From the NCBI RefSeq assembly GCF_018350175.1, contig NC_058368.1, positions 61,134,001 through 61,198,000 on the forward strand: DNA of 64,000 nucleotides, read 5' to 3'. Each line of letters begins with the position of its first letter. Within the stretch, counting starts at the first letter, position 1. Source of the stretch: Felis catus. Its lineage: Eukaryota. Under the pieces are notes generated by a model. That model saw nothing but the letters and a program-made list of their open reading frames with translations. It was not told where the DNA came from and searched no databases. Of the stretch, positions 62,601 through 64,000 are shown piece after piece. Made by a program: the position numbers and the translations under genes.

Positions 62601-64000
62601 TAAATGGTATCTTTCCTGTTCTAAATACTGGTAATTTAATTTTTCAGAAATAATAGGATGACAGTAGACAATATCATAACATTGTTCACATTTTGAGACA
62701 ATTGTTTACTGCATTTCTATTAAGAAAGAATAAGATAATACTTTTAGCAAAGAAATGCAGAACAATAAATTTTAGGAATTATGCATGCTTTAAAGGCATG
62801 TTGAATCACAAAATTGTATATTTCTATATTGACAGTTGACCTATTTTAGAACAAGATGCAAATCCTATGGCAAATTACACTACCATTCAAAGTGGGTTTC
62901 AAAGAGATTTATATTAGCCACATATCAAATAGCTATTTACAGAAATAGTGATCATCACACAGTGTATCTGAGGCTCATGCACAAACGTCTTATAGGAACA
63001 ATCATTGATGAATTGGCCAAATTAAAGTATATTTCTAATGACATGCCATAGAGCTTTATTATTTTCTAAATTTGATTCAACAGTCACCATAAGACACCTA
63101 CTTATGTAAAGTACTTTGCTGTATGAATAACAATGAAAAATGTAGAATTCAGCATTTTACATATTATTGCAGTAGTGATATAGTCACAATAGCATGTAAT
63201 AATAATATATTTTAATGTTAATAGAATTGCATTGACCTTTGCTTGTAGTAAGATAGACATCTTGGCAATCGGCTAATTTCCATATAGGAATTCTAATTAT
63301 AATAATAATAATGTGTGTGTATATTATTAGAGACCCTAAAAGATAATAGGGAAATCCATTATGGATGGAAATACAGTTCTCTGGTCCAGAAAGTGACACA
63401 GTTTCTATAACTACCAGATACCAAGGGACATATAAATCAATGGTAGTGGCCCAGAAATTTAGTACCTTGTCCTGAGTAGAGTGTGAATTTGGATCCAACA
63501 CCACCTTATATATATCAAGGTCCAAAGAAAGGTTATCTCTCTCAGGCAAAAAGTGAATTAAAAAATTCTCACCGTACAGACAAAAGAGCAAGGGAGATTT
63601 TCTGTTTTTTCCCTGGTTCTGAGTAAAGATTGAAACAAAAAAAATGGCTCCCCAGAGAATGTGTTAATATTAACTAGTTCTCATATAATTTGATTATTGA
63701 CTCTCAAGGAGTCTCAAAAGCTACATGCTTTTTGAAACTTAACACAGGCCTATAGTATTCTTAGGCAATTGATATAAACAAACATAAACCCCCCTAAAAG
63801 AAATGCTTCCTCAACATGGTTCTCAAAATATTTCTATAGATAGAATTCCAGGAAATGTGAAATTGTAGTAATAATTGAAAACTGAAAAAAAAACCAAAAC
63901 TATACAAAATGCAGAAATAAGTAAATGAAGGAGAATTTAAAGAAAATCAGAACCAGATAAATGAACATCTGATTTAATTAAATTACTAAATATAGAAGTA

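Noticed and set aside
63184..63591. Longest ORF in the window (135 aa, minus strand)
   Set aside because: Non-ATG start, low-complexity Ile/Tyr runs from (ATT)n-type repeats, no recognisable domain

Overview
AT-rich mammalian nuclear DNA, very probably from a cat-family (feliform/Felidae) genome. The evidence is more than 30 tRNA-derived CanSINEs, most carrying the feliform-type internal segment (ACAGCTCAGAGCCTGGAGCCTG), including young SINEC_Fc-like copies. I find no supportable protein-coding gene, RNA gene, CpG island or CRISPR array. The listed ORFs are mostly SINE, L1 or low-complexity read-throughs. The first ~32 kb is a dense pile of nested L1, CanSINE, ERVL and L2 fragments. The second half is mostly unique AT-rich DNA with scattered CanSINEs, MaLR (MLT1) LTRs and hAT MITEs. 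The most notable structures are: (1) a near-perfect 82/83-bp inverted copy of unique DNA inserted ~1 kb away into an old L1; (2) an LTR-less ERV-L pol (RT to RNase H) segment between the 5' part and 3' end of L1 sequence, itself interrupted by a SINE and an L1; (3) a probable retrocopied mRNA 3' UTR inside an old L1; (4) a textbook twin-primed (5'-inverted) L1. I found no convincing new multi-gene system. Repeat subfamily names come from my recollection of consensus sequences, not a database search, and boundaries of old elements are approximate.
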